From NCBI GenBank assembly GCA_009914755.4, contig CP068257.2:10240001-10304000 (forward strand): a DNA stretch of 64,000 bases, read 5' to 3'. A program made the position numbers and the translations under genes. Shown one piece after another: positions 42,365 to 57,146 of the stretch. The notes under the pieces were generated by a model, which saw only the letters and a program-made list of their open reading frames with translations, ran no database searches and was not told where the DNA came from. The stretch's first letter is position 1. The number at the start of each line of letters is the position of its first letter. Source of the DNA: the human T2T-CHM13v2.0 reference genome, Homo sapiens.

Positions 42365-44045
42365 CAATTCCATTCCGTTCCATTCCATTTCATTCCATTC
42401 CATTCCATTACACGCTCCTCCACTCCATTCCACTCCACTCCATTCCACTCCACTCCACTGGATTCCACTTAAATCCACTCCACTCCATTCCATTACCCTC
42501 TACTCCATTCCATTCCATTCTATTCCACTCCACTCCACTTCAATCCATTCCACTCCAATCCATTCCATTCTGTTCCATTGCATTCCATTCCACTCCTTTC
42601 CACTCCATTCCATTTCATTCCACTCCATTCCTCTCCACTCCACTCCATTCCACTCAATTCCATTCCACTCCCGTCAATTCCATTCCATTCCACTACATTC
42701 CACTCCACTCTACTCCAATCCACTCCACTACACTCAATTTAATTCCATTCCATTCCATTCCTTTCCATTCAATTCCACTCCTCTCCACTGCATTCCATTC
42801 CATTCCATTCCATTCTATTCCATTGCACTCTGATCCACTCCACTCAACTCCACTCCATTCCCCTCCACTTCATTCCATTCGATTCAATGCCACACCACTC
42901 CTTTCCATTCCATTCCACTCCATTCCTTTCCATTCCATTCCATTCCGTTCCATTCCATTCCTTTCCACTGCACTCCTTTCCACTCCACTCCACTCCTCTC
43001 CATTCCGTTCTGTTCCATTCAATTCCATTCCATTGCATTCCATTACATGCTGTTGAATTCCATTCCATTCCATGCCACTCCATTCCCTTCAACTCCATTG
43101 AACTCCTCTCCACTCCACTAAACTCCCATCCACTCCACTCCACTATGTTCCATTCCACTCCACTCCGTTCCATTCTGTTCTGTTCCATTCCATTCCGTTC
43201 TGTTCTGTTCCATTCCACTCCATTCCATTCCATTCTACTCCAATCCATTTCACTCCATTCAACTCCATTCCACTCCACTCCACTTCACTCCATTACATTC
43301 TGCTCCATTCCATTCCATTCCACTCCATTCTATTCCATTCCATGTCACTCTGTTCAACTCCATTCAGCTCCACTTCATTTCATTCCACTCCATTCCACTA
43401 CATTACACTCCATTCCCTTCCATGCCATTCCATTCCACTCCAATTCATTCCATTCCATTCCACTCCATTCCACTCCACTCCACTGCACTCCAGTCCACTC
43501 CATTGCATTGTGTTCCATTCCTTTCCACTGCACTTCACTCCACTCGACTCCACTCCATTCTGTTCCATTCCATTCCATTCCACTGCACTCTAGTCGACTT
43601 CATTGCATTGTGTTCTATTCCTTTCCACTGCACTCCAATCCACTCCACTCGACTCCACTCCACTCCACTCCGTTCCATTCCATTCCATTCCTTTCCCTTC
43701 CATTCCTCTCCATTCCATTCCACTCTAATCCACTCCACTCCATGCTTTTCCATTCCACTCTCTTCCATTCTATTCCATTCCATTCCATTCCATTCCATTC
43801 CACCCCATTCCAATCCACTCCATTCCACTGCAATCCATTCCATTCCACTCCACTCCATTACACTCCATTCCATTCCATTCCATTCCATTCCATTCCATTC
43901 CACTCCACTCCACTCCATTCCATTCCACTCCATTCCATTCCATTCAACTCCACTACATTCCACTCCACTCCTTTCCACTGCACCCACTCCATTCCACTCC
44001 ATTCCATTCCACTCCACTCCATTCCATTACATTTTATTCCACTGC

Positions 44046-44130
44046 ATTCCATTCCTTTATTTCGACTGGATCTCACTCTGTCACCGAAATGGAGTGCAGT
44101 TGCACAAACTTAGCTCACATTTCATGTCAT
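44046..44130 (-). mobile_element. Old Alu 3'-end fragment copy
   Basis: 'tttatttcgactggatctcactctgtcaccgaaatggagtgcagttgcacaaacttagctcacatttcatgtcat'. Confidence 0.7.
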
Positions 44131-44612
44131 CATTCCAATCCGTTCCATTCCATTCCATTCCATTCCATTCCGTTCCATTCCATTCCACTCCACTCCACTC
44201 CATTCCATTACATTCCACTCCACTACACTAAACTCCACTGCCCTCCACTGCAGTCCACTGCATTCCAGTCAACTCCACTCCATTCCACTCCTCTCTGTTC
44301 CATTCCTTTCCATTCCATTCCATTCCTTTCTGTTCCATTCCTCCCCATTTCACTCCATGACATTCCATTCCACTCCAATCCACTCCACTCCACTCCACTC
44401 CATTCCATTAGACTCCATTCTATTCCATTAAACTCAATTCCATTCCATTCCTTTCCACTCCATTCCACTTCATTCTATTCCATTCCAGTGCAGTTCTCTC
44501 CACTCCACTCCATTACACTCCACTCCATTCCTCTCCACTAAACTCCATTTCACTCCTTTGCATTCCACTCCAATGCATTTCATTCCGTTTTAATCCATTC
44601 CATTCCATTCCT

Positions 44613-44686
44613 TTATTTCGACTGGGTCTTACCTTGTCACGCAGACTGGACTGCGGTGGCACAATCTTAGCTCACATTTCATGTTA
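44613..44686 (-). mobile_element. Old Alu 3'-end fragment copy
   Basis: 'tttatttcgactgggtcttaccttgtcacgcagactggactgcggtggcacaatcttagctcacatttcatgttac'. Confidence 0.7.
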
Positions 44687-46623
44687 CCTTTCCATTGTAT
44701 TGCATTCTATTCCATTCTGTTCCTTTCCATTCCATTCCACTTCACTCCTTTCCATTCCATTCCACTGCACTCCACTCAGCTCCACTCCAATGCACTCCAC
44801 TGCATTCCAGTCCACTCCACTCCATTCCATCACACTCTGTTCCATTCCACTCCACTCCCCTCCGTTCCACTCCAGTCCACTCCATGCCATTACACTACAC
44901 ACCACTCCATTCCATTCCATTTCATTCCACTTCAATCCATTCCATTCCACTCCACTACATTCTACTGCGCTCCACTCCTCTCCACTCCATTCCATTCAAT
45001 TGCACCCCATTCCATTCAAATCCACTCCTTTCCATTCCATTCCATTCCACTGCACTCCCATCCACTCGACTCAACTCCACTCCACTGGAGTCCACTCCAT
45101 TCCTTTCCGCTCAATTCCATTCTGTTGCATTCCATTCCATTCTGTTCCATTCCGTTCCATTCCACTCCAATCCATTCCATTCCAAACCATTCCACTCCAC
45201 TCCACCACACTCCACTCCACTCCACTCCACTCCACACCACTCCACCCCACTCTTTTCCATTCTGATCCATTCCATTCCGTTCCATTCCACTTCATTCCAT
45301 TCCACTCCACTCAATTTCACTCCACTTCATTTCACTCCATTCCACTCCATTCCACTCCATTCCACTGCACTCCACTCCACTCCGCTCCACTCCATTCCAT
45401 TCCAACCCATTCCATTCCATTCCACTCCACTCCATTCCATTCCATTCCACTCCACTCCACTCCTCTGCACTCCACTCCTCTCCACTCCATTCCATTCCAT
45501 TCCACTAAATTACATTCCATTCCAGTCCATTCCACTGCACTCCAATCCTTTCAACTCAACTCCACTCCACTCCACTCTGTTCCATTCCCTTCAATTCCAT
45601 TCCATTGCATTCCATTCCATTCCGTTCCTTTCCATTCCATTCCACTCCAATCAATTCCATTCCACACCGTTCCACTCCACTCCACTCTGTTCCATTCCCT
45701 TCAATTCCATTCCGTTCCATTCCATTCCATTCCGTTCCTTTCCACTCTGTTCCATTCCACTCCACTCCATTCCATTCCACTCCATTTCACTCCATTCCAC
45801 TCCTTTCCACTCCACTGCAATCCACTCCACTCCACAGCACTCCACTCCTTTTCATTCCATTTCTTTCCACTGCACTCTGAACCACTCCACTCCACTCCAA
45901 TCCACTCCAATCCAATCTGGTCCACTCTGTTCAGTTCCGTTCCATTCCTTTCCATTCCACTCCATTCCATTACAATCCACTCCATTCCATTTCACTGCAT
46001 TCCATTTCCCTCCACTCCATTCTACTACATTCCATTCCATTCCACTCCATTCCATTCTATTCCATTCCACTCCATTCCACTCCACGCCATTCCACTAAAC
46101 TCCATTTCACTCCATGGCACTTCATTCCACTCCAAGCCACTCCACTCTACCTTATTCCATTCCACTACACTTCATTCCATTCCGTTCATTCTATTCCTTT
46201 CCACTGCCCTCCGATCCACTCCACTGAACTCCACTCTACTCCACTGCGTTCCATTCCATTCTATTCCATTCATTTCCATTTCATTCCATTCTGTTCCATT
46301 CCATTCCATTCCACTCCACTTTATTCCATTACACTCCGTTCCACTCCACTCCAATCCACTCCACTCCATTCCATTCCATTCCATTCCATTCCACTGCACT
46401 CCAATCCACTTCTGAAAACTCCATTACGATGCACTCCACTGCACTCCGTTCCATTCTGTTCCATTCCATTCGACTTCATTCCACTCAACTCCGCTCCATT
46501 CCACTCTACTCCATTCCATTGCATTCAACTCCATTCCATTCCATTCGATTCCACTCCATTCCACTCAATTCAATTCCACTCCACTCCATTCCATTCCACT
46601 CCACTCCATTCCATTCCAATCCT

Positions 46624-46698
46624 TTATTTCAATTGGATCTCACTCTGTCACCCAGACTGGAATGCAGTGGCACAATCATAGCTCACATTTCATTTCAC
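46624..46698 (-). mobile_element. Old Alu 3'-end fragment copy
   Basis: 'tttatttcaattggatctcactctgtcacccagactggaatgcagtggcacaatcatagctcacatttcatttcac'. Confidence 0.75.
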
Positions 46699-47313
46699 CA
46701 TTCCATTCCATTCCACTTCAGTCCACTCCCCTCCACTCAACTCCACACAACTCCACTCCATTCCATTCCAATCCACTTCACTCCATTCCATTCCATTCCA
46801 TTCCATTCCATTCCTCTCCACTCCATTCCATTCCACTCCATTCCACTGCAATCCACTTCACTCCACTTGACTCTACTACATTCCATTCCATTCCACTGCA
46901 CTGTGATCCACTCCACTCAACTCCACTACACTCCACTACTCTACACTCCGTTCCATTCTGTTCCATTCCATTTCATTTTAATCCTTTCCATTCCACGGCA
47001 CTCCATTCCACTCCACTCCATTTCACTCCATTCCACTCCATTCCACTCGACTCAATGGGACTCCATTCCATTCCACTTCATTCCATTCCATTCCACCCCA
47101 TTCCATTCATTTCCTTTCCATTTCATTACACTCCATTCCACTCCATTCCATTCCACTCCACTCCACTCCACTCCACTCCATTCCATTCCATTCCACTGCA
47201 CTCCGATCCACTCCACTCCATTCCATTGCACTCCATTCCATTCTACTCCATTCCGTTCCACTTAACTTCAATCCAGTCCAGTCCACTCTATTCCATTCCA
47301 CTTCATTCCATTC

Positions 47314-47520
47314 CATTCCTATTCTTTCCATTCCATTCTTCTCCATTCCATTCCATTCCATTGCATTCCATTCCATTCCATTCCATTCCATTCCTATTCT
47401 TTCCATTCCATTCTTCTCCATCCCATTCCATTCCATTCCATTCCATTCCATTCCTATTCTTTCCATTCCATTCTTCTCCATTCCATTCTTCTCCATTCCA
47501 TTCCATTCCATTCCACTCCA
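47314..47520. repeat. Local 60-75-bp tandem sub-repeat, about 3.5 copies
   Basis: 'cattcctattctttccattccattcttctcc' recurs at 47314, 47389 and 47449. ORF peptides here show a 20-aa periodicity (47303..47551). Confidence 0.75.
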
Positions 47521-48481
47521 CTCCGCTAAATTCCATTCCACTCCACTCCACTCAATTCCATTCCACTCCACTACAGTCCATTCCCTTCCATTCCACTTCA
47601 CTCCACTCCACTCCACTCCACTGTACTCCACTCCATTCCATTCCACTGCACTTCTGTCCACTCCACTCCTCTCCATTCCATTCTGTTCCATTCCATTCCG
47701 TTCCATTCCATTCCACTCCATTCCATTCCACTCAACTCCTTTTCACTCCATTTCACTCCATTCCACTCCACTCCACTTCACTCCACTCCTCTTGACTCCA
47801 TTCCTTTAAAATCAATTCCATTGCAATCCACTCCATTCCATTCCCTTCCACTCCATTCCACTTCATTCCTCTCCACTTCACTCCAATCCATTCCATTGCA
47901 CTCCTTTCCATTCCATTCTATTCAATTCCATTCCTCTCCTTTCCACTCCACTACACTCCACTCCATTCAATTCCATTCCACTCCACTCCATTCCATTCCA
48001 CTTCACTCCACTCCTCTCCACTCCAGTCCACTAAACACCACTCCATTCCATTCCATTCCACTTCTCTGCCCTCCGATCCACTCCAGTCAACTCCACTCCA
48101 CTCCACACCTTCTTTTTCCATTCCATTCCATTCTGTTCCATTGCATTCTCTTCCATTCCACTCCACTCAATTTCACTCTTTCCACTCCATTCCACTCCAC
48201 CCAATTATATTCCACTCCAATCCATAATATTCCACTCCACTCCACTCCACTCCATTCCACTCCACTCCATTCCATTCCATTCCGTTCCATTCCATTCCAC
48301 CGAATTCTACTCCATGCCATTTCACTCCATTCCACTCCATTTCACTCCATTAGACTTCAATATACACCATTCCACCACTCCATTTGCCTCCACTCCATTC
48401 CACTCCACTCCCATGCATTCCACTCCATTCCATTCCACTCCACTCCATTCCATTCCATTCTACTCCATTGCATTCCATTCC

Positions 48482-48557
48482 TTATTTCCGAATGGATCTC
48501 ACTCTGTCTCCATGACAGGAGTGCAGTGGCACAGTCTTAGCTCACATTTCATTTCAC
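48482..48557 (-). mobile_element. Old Alu 3'-end fragment copy
   Basis: 'ttatttccgaatggatctcactctgtctccatgacaggagtgcagtggcacagtcttagctcacatttcatttcac'. Confidence 0.75.
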
Positions 48558-49024
48558 CATTCCATTCCATTGCATTCCATTCCATTCCATTCCTTTCCAT
48601 TTCATTCCACTCGATTCCACTCCACTCCACTCCATTCCATTCAACTCCACTCCATTCCACTCCATTCCCTTAAATTCCATTTCACTGCACCCCTATACAC
48701 TCCACTCCAATCCACTCCATTCCATTCTGTTCCTTTCCATTCCGTTTCATTCCATTACATTCCATTCCTTTCCACCCCACTCCATTCCATTCCTCTCCAT
48801 TCCACTCCACTCTATTACACTCCCCTCCATTCCACTCCACTCCACTCCATTCCATTCCATTCCACTCCATTCCATTCCATTTTGTTCCATTACACTCTAC
48901 TCCACTCCATTACACTCCACTCTATTCCACTCCTCTTCATTCCACATGACTCCTTTCCTTTCCACTCCTTTCCATTCCACAGCAGTCCATTCCTTTCAAA
49001 TTTACTCCATTCCATTCCAGTCCT

Positions 49025-49099
49025 TTATTTCGACTGGATCTCACTCTTTCCCCAATACTGGAGTGCAGTGGCACAGTCTTAGCTAACATTTCATTTCAC
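49025..49099 (-). mobile_element. Old Alu 3'-end fragment copy
   Basis: 'tttatttcgactggatctcactctttccccaatactggagtgcagtggcacagtcttagctaacatttcatttcac'. Confidence 0.75.
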
Positions 49100-49865
49100 C
49101 ATTCCTTTCCATTCCATTCCATTCCATTTCATTCTATTCCATTGGATTCCATTCCACTGCACTCCGATCCATTCCATGCCATTCCACTCCACTCAATTCC
49201 ATTCCACTCCACTCCACTCCATTAAATTCCATTCAACTCCACTCCATTCCACTCCATTCCCTTACATTCCATTTCACTGCACTCTGATAGACTCCACTGT
49301 ACTCCACTGCACTCCATTCCAATCCACTCCATCCCGTTCTTTTCCCTTCCATTCCGTTTCATTCCATTAAGTTCCATTCGATTACATTCCTTTCCACTAA
49401 ACTCCATTCCATTCCACTCCATTCCACTCCACTCCGTTACACTCCACTCCATTCCACTCCACTCCACTCCATTCCGCTCCATTCAATTCCATTCCACTCC
49501 ATTCCATTCCACGCCATTCCACTCCACTGCGTTACACTCCACTCCATTCCACTCCACTCCACTCCATTCCATTCCACTCCATTCCACACCACTCCACTCC
49601 ATTCCACTCCACTCCACTCCATTCCGCTTCATTCAATTCCATTCCACTCCATTCCATTGCACTCCATTCCACACCACTCTACTCCATTTCACTCCACTCC
49701 ACTCCACTCCGCTCCATTCCATTCCATTCCGCTCCATTCCATTCCTTTCCACTCCATTCCATTCCATTCCACTGAACTCCACTCCATTACACTCCATTCA
49801 ATTCCAATCCACTCCATTCCACAGAGTCCATTCCATTCAATTTTACTCCATTCCAGTCCAGTCCT

Positions 49866-49939
49866 TTATTTTGACTGAATCTCTCTCTGCCCCCATACTG
49901 GAGTGCAGTGGCAAAATCTTAGTTCACATTTCATTTCAC
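49866..49939 (-). mobile_element. Old Alu 3'-end fragment copy
   Basis: 'tttattttgactgaatctctctctgcccccatactggagtgcagtggcaaaatcttagttcacatttcatttcac'. Confidence 0.75.
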
Positions 49940-50905
49940 CATTCCATTCCATTCCATTCCATTCTATTCCATTGCATTCCTTTCCACTGCACTCCGATCC
50001 ATTCCATTCCATTCCATTCCATTCCATTCCATTCTATTCCATTCCAATCCACTCCACTGCACTCCAATCCATTCCATGCCATTCCACTCCCCTTGATTCC
50101 ATTCCGCTCCACTCCATTCCATTCCACTACATTCCATTCCATTCCGTTCCACTCCAATCCATTCCATTCCATTCCATTCCATTCCATTCCATTCCATTGC
50201 ATTCCATTCCACTGCACTCCGATCCATTCCATGCAATTCCTCTCCACTCGATTCCATTCCACTCCACTCCATTCCATTCCACTACATTCCATTCCATTCC
50301 ATTCCACTCCACTCCATTCCATTCCACTCCACTTCATTCCATTCCATTCCATTCCATTCCATTCCATTCCATTACACTCCAATCCATTCCATTCCATTCC
50401 ACTCCATTCCATTCCATTCCACTTCACTCCATTCCATTCCACTCCACTCAGCTCCACTCCATTCCATTGCATTGCATTGCATTCCATTCCACTCCATTCC
50501 ATTCCATTCCATTCCATTCTGGTCCATTCCATTCCATTCCACTGCACTCCATTCCATTACACTCCATTCCTCTCCGCTACTCTTCACTCCTCTCTACTCT
50601 GTTCAATTCCATTCCATTCCATTACATTGCACTCTGATCCACTCCACGCAACTCCACTCCATTGCATTCCGTTCCATTCTGTTCCATTCTGTTCCGTTCC
50701 GTTGCACTCAGTTCCTTTATACTCCACTCCATTCCACTCCACTCCACTCCATTCTTTTCCATTCCACTCCCTTCCATTCCATTCCATTCCACTCCATTCC
50801 CGTCCATTGCACTCCACTCCATTCCACTCCACTGCACTCCATTCCACTCCATTCCTTTCCATTCCACTCCATTGCTTTCCATTCCAATCCATTAAATTCC
50901 ATGCC

Positions 50906-50978
50906 ATTATTTCTACTGGATCTCACTCTGTCACCCAGACTGTTGTGTAGTGGCACAACCTTAGCTCACATTTTTTCA
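50906..50978 (-). mobile_element. Old Alu 3'-end fragment copy
   Basis: 'cattatttctactggatctcactctgtcacccagactgttgtgtagtggcacaaccttagctcacattttttcac'. Confidence 0.7.
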
Positions 50979-52269
50979 CCATTCCATTCCACTCCATTCC
51001 ATTCCATTCCATTCCATTCCATTCCATTCCATTCTATTCCCTTCCATTCCATTCCATCCCACTCCAATCCACTCCATTCCACTCAACTCCACAAAAGTCC
51101 ACTGCCTTCCATTGCATTTCATTCCACTCCATTCCATTCCATTCCACTCAATTCCATTCCATCCCATTCCAGTGCACTCTGATCCATTCCTCTCAACTCC
51201 ACACCACTCCATTCCGTTCCTTTCCATTCCATTCCATTCCATTCTGTTCCATTTCACTCCATTCCTTTCCACTCCACTCCATTCCATTCCACTCCATTTC
51301 ACTCCATTCCACTCCATTTCACTCCATTCCACTCCTTTCCACTCCACTCCAGTCCTCTCCACTCGACAGCACTCCACTCCTTTCCATTCCATTTCAACCC
51401 ACTGCGCTCTGATTCACTCCACTAGACTCCAATCCACTCCAGTCCACTGCATTCCACTATGTTCATTTCCGTTCCATTCCTTTCCATTACACTCCATTCC
51501 ATTCCAATCCACTCCATTCCATTGCACTCCATTTCACTCCACTCCACTCCCCTTCACTCCATTCCACTCCATTCCATTTAATTACACTCCAATCCATTCT
51601 ATTCCATTTCACTCCATTCCACTATATTCCACTCCACCCCATTCCACTACACTCCATTTCACTCCACGGCTCTCCATTCCACTCCAATCCACTCCAATCT
51701 ACCCTGTTCCATTCCACGGCACTCCATTCCACTCCACTCTACCCTGTTCCATTCCACTACACTTCATTATTATCCGTTCCATTCTATTCCATTCCACTGC
51801 CCTCTGATCCACTCCACTCCACTCCACTCCACTCCACTCCACTCCATTCCGTTCCATTCCATTCCATTCGTTTCCATTCCATTTCGTTCCGTTCCATTCC
51901 ATTCCATTCCAGTCCACTCCTTTCCATTACACTCCGTTCCACTCCACTCCACTCCACTCCGTTCCATTCCATTCCATTCCATTCCATTCCATTCCATTCC
52001 TCTGCACTCCAATCCACTACTCTAAATTCCATTCTGATGCACTCCACTGCACTCCGTTTCATTTTGTTCCGTTCTGTTCCATTCTGTTCCGTTCTGTTCC
52101 ATTCTTTTCTGTTCCATTGCATTCCACTCCATTCCATTCAACTACACTCCATTCCACTCCACTCCACTCCATTCCATTCCGTTCCATTCCACTCTCTTCC
52201 ACTCCGTTCCACTCCATTCCATTCCACTCCACTCCATTCAATTCCATTCTACTCCATTCCATTCCACTC

Positions 52270-52346
52270 CATTATTTCAATTGGCTCTCACTCTGTCACC
52301 CAGACTGGAATGCAGTGGCACAGTCTTACCTCACATTTCGTTTGAG
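52270..52346 (-). mobile_element. Old Alu 3'-end fragment copy
   Basis: 'cattatttcaattggctctcactctgtcacccagactggaatgcagtggcacagtcttacctcacatttcgtttgag'. Confidence 0.7.
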
Positions 52347-53592
52347 AATTCCATTCCATTCCATTCCATTCCACTTCAGTCCCCTCCACTCCACTCAACT
52401 CCACACAACTCCACTCCATTCCATTCCATTCCACTCCACTCCACTCCATTCCATTCCACTCCACTCCATTCCATTTCATTGCATTCCATTCCATTCCACT
52501 CCATTCCATTCCACTCCATTCCACTGCACTCCACTTCACTCCACTCTACTCTACTACATTCTATTCCATTCCATTCCACTGCACTCTGATCCACTCCACT
52601 CAACTCCACTCCACTCCACTACTCTACACTCTGTTCCATTCCGTTCCATTCCATTCCTTCCATTCTATTCTAATCCATTCCCTTCCTCTCCACTCCATTC
52701 CACTCCACTCCATTTCACTCCATTCCACTCCATTTCACTCGACTCAACGGCACTCCATTACATTCCACTTCATTCCATTCCATTCCACCCCATTCCATTC
52801 CATTCCATTCCACTCCACTCCCTTCCATTCCACTCCACTCCACTACATTCCACGACACTCCATTCTACTCCATTCCATTCCATTCCATTACGCTTCTCTC
52901 CATTCCACTAAATTCCATTCCATTCCTTTCTACTGCACTTTTATCCACTCCACACAGCTCCACTCCACTCCACTCTGTTCCCTTCTGATCAATTCCATTC
53001 CATTGCATTCCATTCCGTTCCATTCCATTCCATTCCATTCCACTCCACTCGACTCCATTCCATTCCACTCCATTCTACTCCATTCCACTCCACTCCACTC
53101 CACGCCAGTCCACTCCACTGCACTCCACTCCACTCCATTCCATTCCATTTCACTGCACTCCAATCCACTCCACTCAACTCCACTCCAATTCACTCCACTA
53201 CGTTCCGTTCCATTCCATTCCATTCCATTCCATTCCATTCCACTCCATTCCATTCCACTCCATTTCACTCCATTACACTCCATTCCACTCCACTACACTC
53301 CCCTCCCTTCCATTTCACTCCATTCCATTCCATTCCACTCCATTCCATTCCATTCCATTCCATTCCATTCCATTCCATTCCATTCCTTTCCATTCCTCTC
53401 CACTCCACTCCTTTCCACTCCACTACACCCCATTCCACTCCACTCCACTCCATTCCACTTCTATCCATTCCACTCCACTCCGTTACATTCTACTCCACCT
53501 CATGTCATTCCACTCCATTCCATTCCACTCCATTCCACTCCACTCCACTCCTCTCCATTCCATTCTTCTTTACTCTATTCCATTCCATTCCT

Positions 53593-53668
53593 TTATTTCG
53601 ATTGGATCTCACTCTGTCACCCAGACTGGAGTGCAGTGGCACAATCTTAGCGCACATTACATTTCATC
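53593..53668 (-). mobile_element. Old Alu 3'-end fragment copy
   Basis: 'tttatttcgattggatctcactctgtcacccagactggagtgcagtggcacaatcttagcgcacattacatttcatc'. Confidence 0.75.
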
Positions 53669-53749
53669 TTTCCATTCCATGGCATTCCATTCCATTCCAT
53701 TCTATTATATTCTACTCCACTCCACTCCACTCCATTCCATTCCACTCCA

Positions 53750-53776
53750 CCCCTTTCCTTTCCTTTCCTTTCCTTT
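53750..53776. repeat. (CCTTT)5 microsatellite embedded in the satellite
   Basis: 'cctttcctttcctttcctttcctttc'. Confidence 0.8.
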
Positions 53777-54434
53777 CAATTCCACTCCTTTCCATTCCAT
53801 TCCATTCCATTCCACTTCACTCCAAACCACTCCAGTCATATCCTCTCCACTCCACTACGTTCCATTCCGTTCAACTCCATTCTCGTCCATTCCATTCCGT
53901 TTCATTCCATTCCATTCCATTCCAATCCAGTCCATTGCATTCCACTCGATTCCACTCCAATTCACTCAACTCCACTCCATTCCATTCCATTCCATTCCAT
54001 TCCATTCCACTGCACTCCCACCCCCTCCACACAACTCCACTTCACTGCACTCCACTCCACTCCGTTTCATTGTGTTCTATTCCATTCCTTTCCGTTCCAT
54101 TCCATTACATTCGATTCCAATCCACTACATTCCAATCCACTACATTCCACTCCATTCCATTCCATTCCACTCCACTCCACTCCATTCCAATCCACTCCTC
54201 TCCATTCCACTCCACTCCACTCCATTCCACTGCATTCCATTCCATTCCACTCCTTTCAGTTCCATTCCTTTCCACTCCAATCCAATCCGTTATACTACAA
54301 TCCATTCCACTCCACTTCCATTCCACTCTGTTATACTGCAATCCATTCCACTCCACTTCCATTCCTCTCCACTCCACTCCCTGCCACTCCATTCCACTCT
54401 ACTCCATTCCATTCTACTCCATTCCATTCCTTTC

Positions 54435-54511
54435 CTTTATGTCGACTGGATCTCACTCTGTCACCCAGAGCAGAGTGCAGTGGCACTGTCTTAGCTCACA
54501 TTTCATTTCAC
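54435..54511 (-). mobile_element. Old Alu 3'-end fragment copy
   Basis: 'ctttatgtcgactggatctcactctgtcacccagagcagagtgcagtggcactgtcttagctcacatttcatttcac'. Confidence 0.75.
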
Positions 54512-55036
54512 CATTCCATTCCATTTCATTCCACTCCACTCCACTCCACTCCACTGAACTCTGTTCCATTCCATACCATTCCATTCCACGCCACTCCATA
54601 CCACTCCATTCCACACCAGTCCACTCCACTCCATTCCACGCCACTCCACTCCACTAAACACCAGTCCACTCCACTCCATTCCCTTACATCCAATCGATTC
54701 CTTTCCTTTCCAGTCCATTCCACTGCACTCCAATACATTGTATGCAACTCCACTCCACTCCACTCTGTTCCATTCTGTTCCATTTCGTTCCATTCTGTTC
54801 CATTCCATTCCAATCAATTCCATTCCACTCCACTCCACTACACTCCAATCCATTTCACTCCGTTCCACTCCATTCCACTCCGCTTTACTAAACTGCTTTT
54901 TATTCCACTCCATTCCACTCCATTCCAATCCACTCCATTCCACTCTATTCCATTCTACTCCACACTACTCCATTCCACTCCATTTCAATCCACTGCACTC
55001 CATGCCATTCCATTCTACTCTGTTCCATTGCATTCC

Positions 55037-55111
55037 TTTATTTCGACTGGATCTCACTCTGTCACCCAGACTGGAGTGCAGTGGCTCAATCTGAGCACAC
55101 ATTTCATTTCA
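55037..55111 (-). mobile_element. Old Alu 3'-end fragment copy
   Basis: 'tttatttcgactggatctcactctgtcacccagactggagtgcagtggctcaatctgagcacacatttcatttcac'. Confidence 0.75.
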
Positions 55112-56294
55112 CCAATCCATTTCATTCTTTTCCAATCCTTTCCATTCCATTCCACTCCAATCCACTCCAGTCCTCTCCATTCCTCTACACTCCTTTCCAT
55201 TGTCTTCCATTTCACTCCACGGCAATACGATCCATTCCACTCAAAACCACTGCAGTCCACTGTGCTCAATTCCGTTCCGTTACTTTCCATTCCATTCCAT
55301 TCCATTTCATTCCATTCCATTCCATTCCATTCCATTCCATTCCATTCCATTCCACTCCATTCCACTGCATTCCACTCCATTCCATTCCACTCCCTTCCAC
55401 TATATTCCACTCCACTCCGTTCCACTCCACTACACTCCACTGCCCTCCATTCCATTCCATTCCATTCTTTTCCATTCCATTCCATTCCATTCTTTTCCAT
55501 TCCATTCCATTCCTTTCCATTCCATTCTATTCCACTCCACTGCAGTTCTTTCAATTTTGTTCCAGTGCTTTCCTTTATGTTCCATTCCACTCCATTCCTT
55601 TCCACTCCACTCCTTTCCACTCCTCTCCATTTCACTCCATTCCACTCCATTCACCTCAACTCCGCTCCACTCCACTGCACTCCACTCCAATCCCTTCCAT
55701 TCCACCCCATTCCATTACATTCCATTCCACTCCTTTCCATTACATTCCACTACTTTCCACTTCATTCCACGCCATTCCCCTCCACAGCATTCCACTCCAC
55801 TCCCTTCCAATCCACTCCACTCCATTCCATTCCATTCCACTCCATTCCATTCCATTCCAATCCATTCCACTTCAATCCACTTCACTCCAATCTACTCCAT
55901 TCCATTCCATTCCACTCCATTCCATTCCATTCCACTCCATTCCATTCCTTTCCAATCCATTCCACTTGAATCCATTCCACTCCATTCCACTTGAATCCAT
56001 TCCACTCCATTCCACTCCATTCCATTCCACTCCACTCTATCCCATTCCATTCCACTCCACTCCATTCCATTCCATTCAATTCCACTCCATTCCATTCCAT
56101 TCCAATCCATTCCACTTCAATCCACTTCACTCCATTCCACTCCATTCCATTGCATTCCACTCCATTCCATTCCTTTCCAATCCATTCCACTTCAATCTAT
56201 TCCACTCCATTCCATTCCATTCCACTCCATTCCCTTCCATTCCATTCCACTCCACTCCATTCCATTCCTTTCTACTCCATTCCATTCAATTCCT

Positions 56295-56369
56295 TTATTT
56301 CGATTGGATCTCACTCTCTCACCCAGATTGGAGAGCAGTGGCACAAACTAAGCTCATGTTTCATTTCAC
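56295..56369 (-). mobile_element. Old Alu 3'-end fragment copy
   Basis: 'tttatttcgattggatctcactctctcacccagattggagagcagtggcacaaactaagctcatgtttcatttcac'. Confidence 0.75.
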
Positions 56370-57146
56370 CATTCCATTCCATTCCATTCCATTCCATTCC
56401 ACTGCACTCTGATCCACTCCACTCCACTCCACTCCACTTTAATCCACTAAGTTCAATTCCGTTCCCTTCCATTCTGTTCTGTTCCGTTCCCTACCCGACC
56501 ATTCTATTCCACTCCACTCCATTCCACCTCACTCCATTTCTCTGCATTACACTCCATTCCATTCCACTCCACTGTACTCCACACCCCTCCACTCCGTTCC
56601 ATTGTATTCCATTACACTCCATTCCATTCCACTGCATTCCATTCCATTTCATTCCATTCTACTCCACTCCATTCCATTCTACTCCACTCCAGTCCATTCC
56701 ACTCCACTCCACTGCACTCTGCTCCACTCCAATCAACTCCATTCCACTCCACTGCACTAAACTCCACTCCAGTCCACTTCATTCCCTTCCATTTCATTCC
56801 ACTACACTCCACTCCATTCCAGTCCACTCCACTCCACTCCACTCCATTCCATTCCATTCCATTCCATTACACTCCACTCCATTCCACTCCACTCCATTCC
56901 ATTCCACTCCATTCCACTCCATTCCATTCCATTCCATCCCATTCCACTGTATTCCAATCCACTCCATTTCACCTCAATCCATTCCACTTCACTCCACTCC
57001 ATTCACTCCACTCCATTTCCTTCCACTCTTCCATTCCATTCTATTCCACTCCATTCCACTCCATTCCACTCCACTCCACTCCATTCCACTCCATTCCATA
57101 CCATTTTATTCCATTCCATTCCATTCTACTCCATTCCATTCCATTC

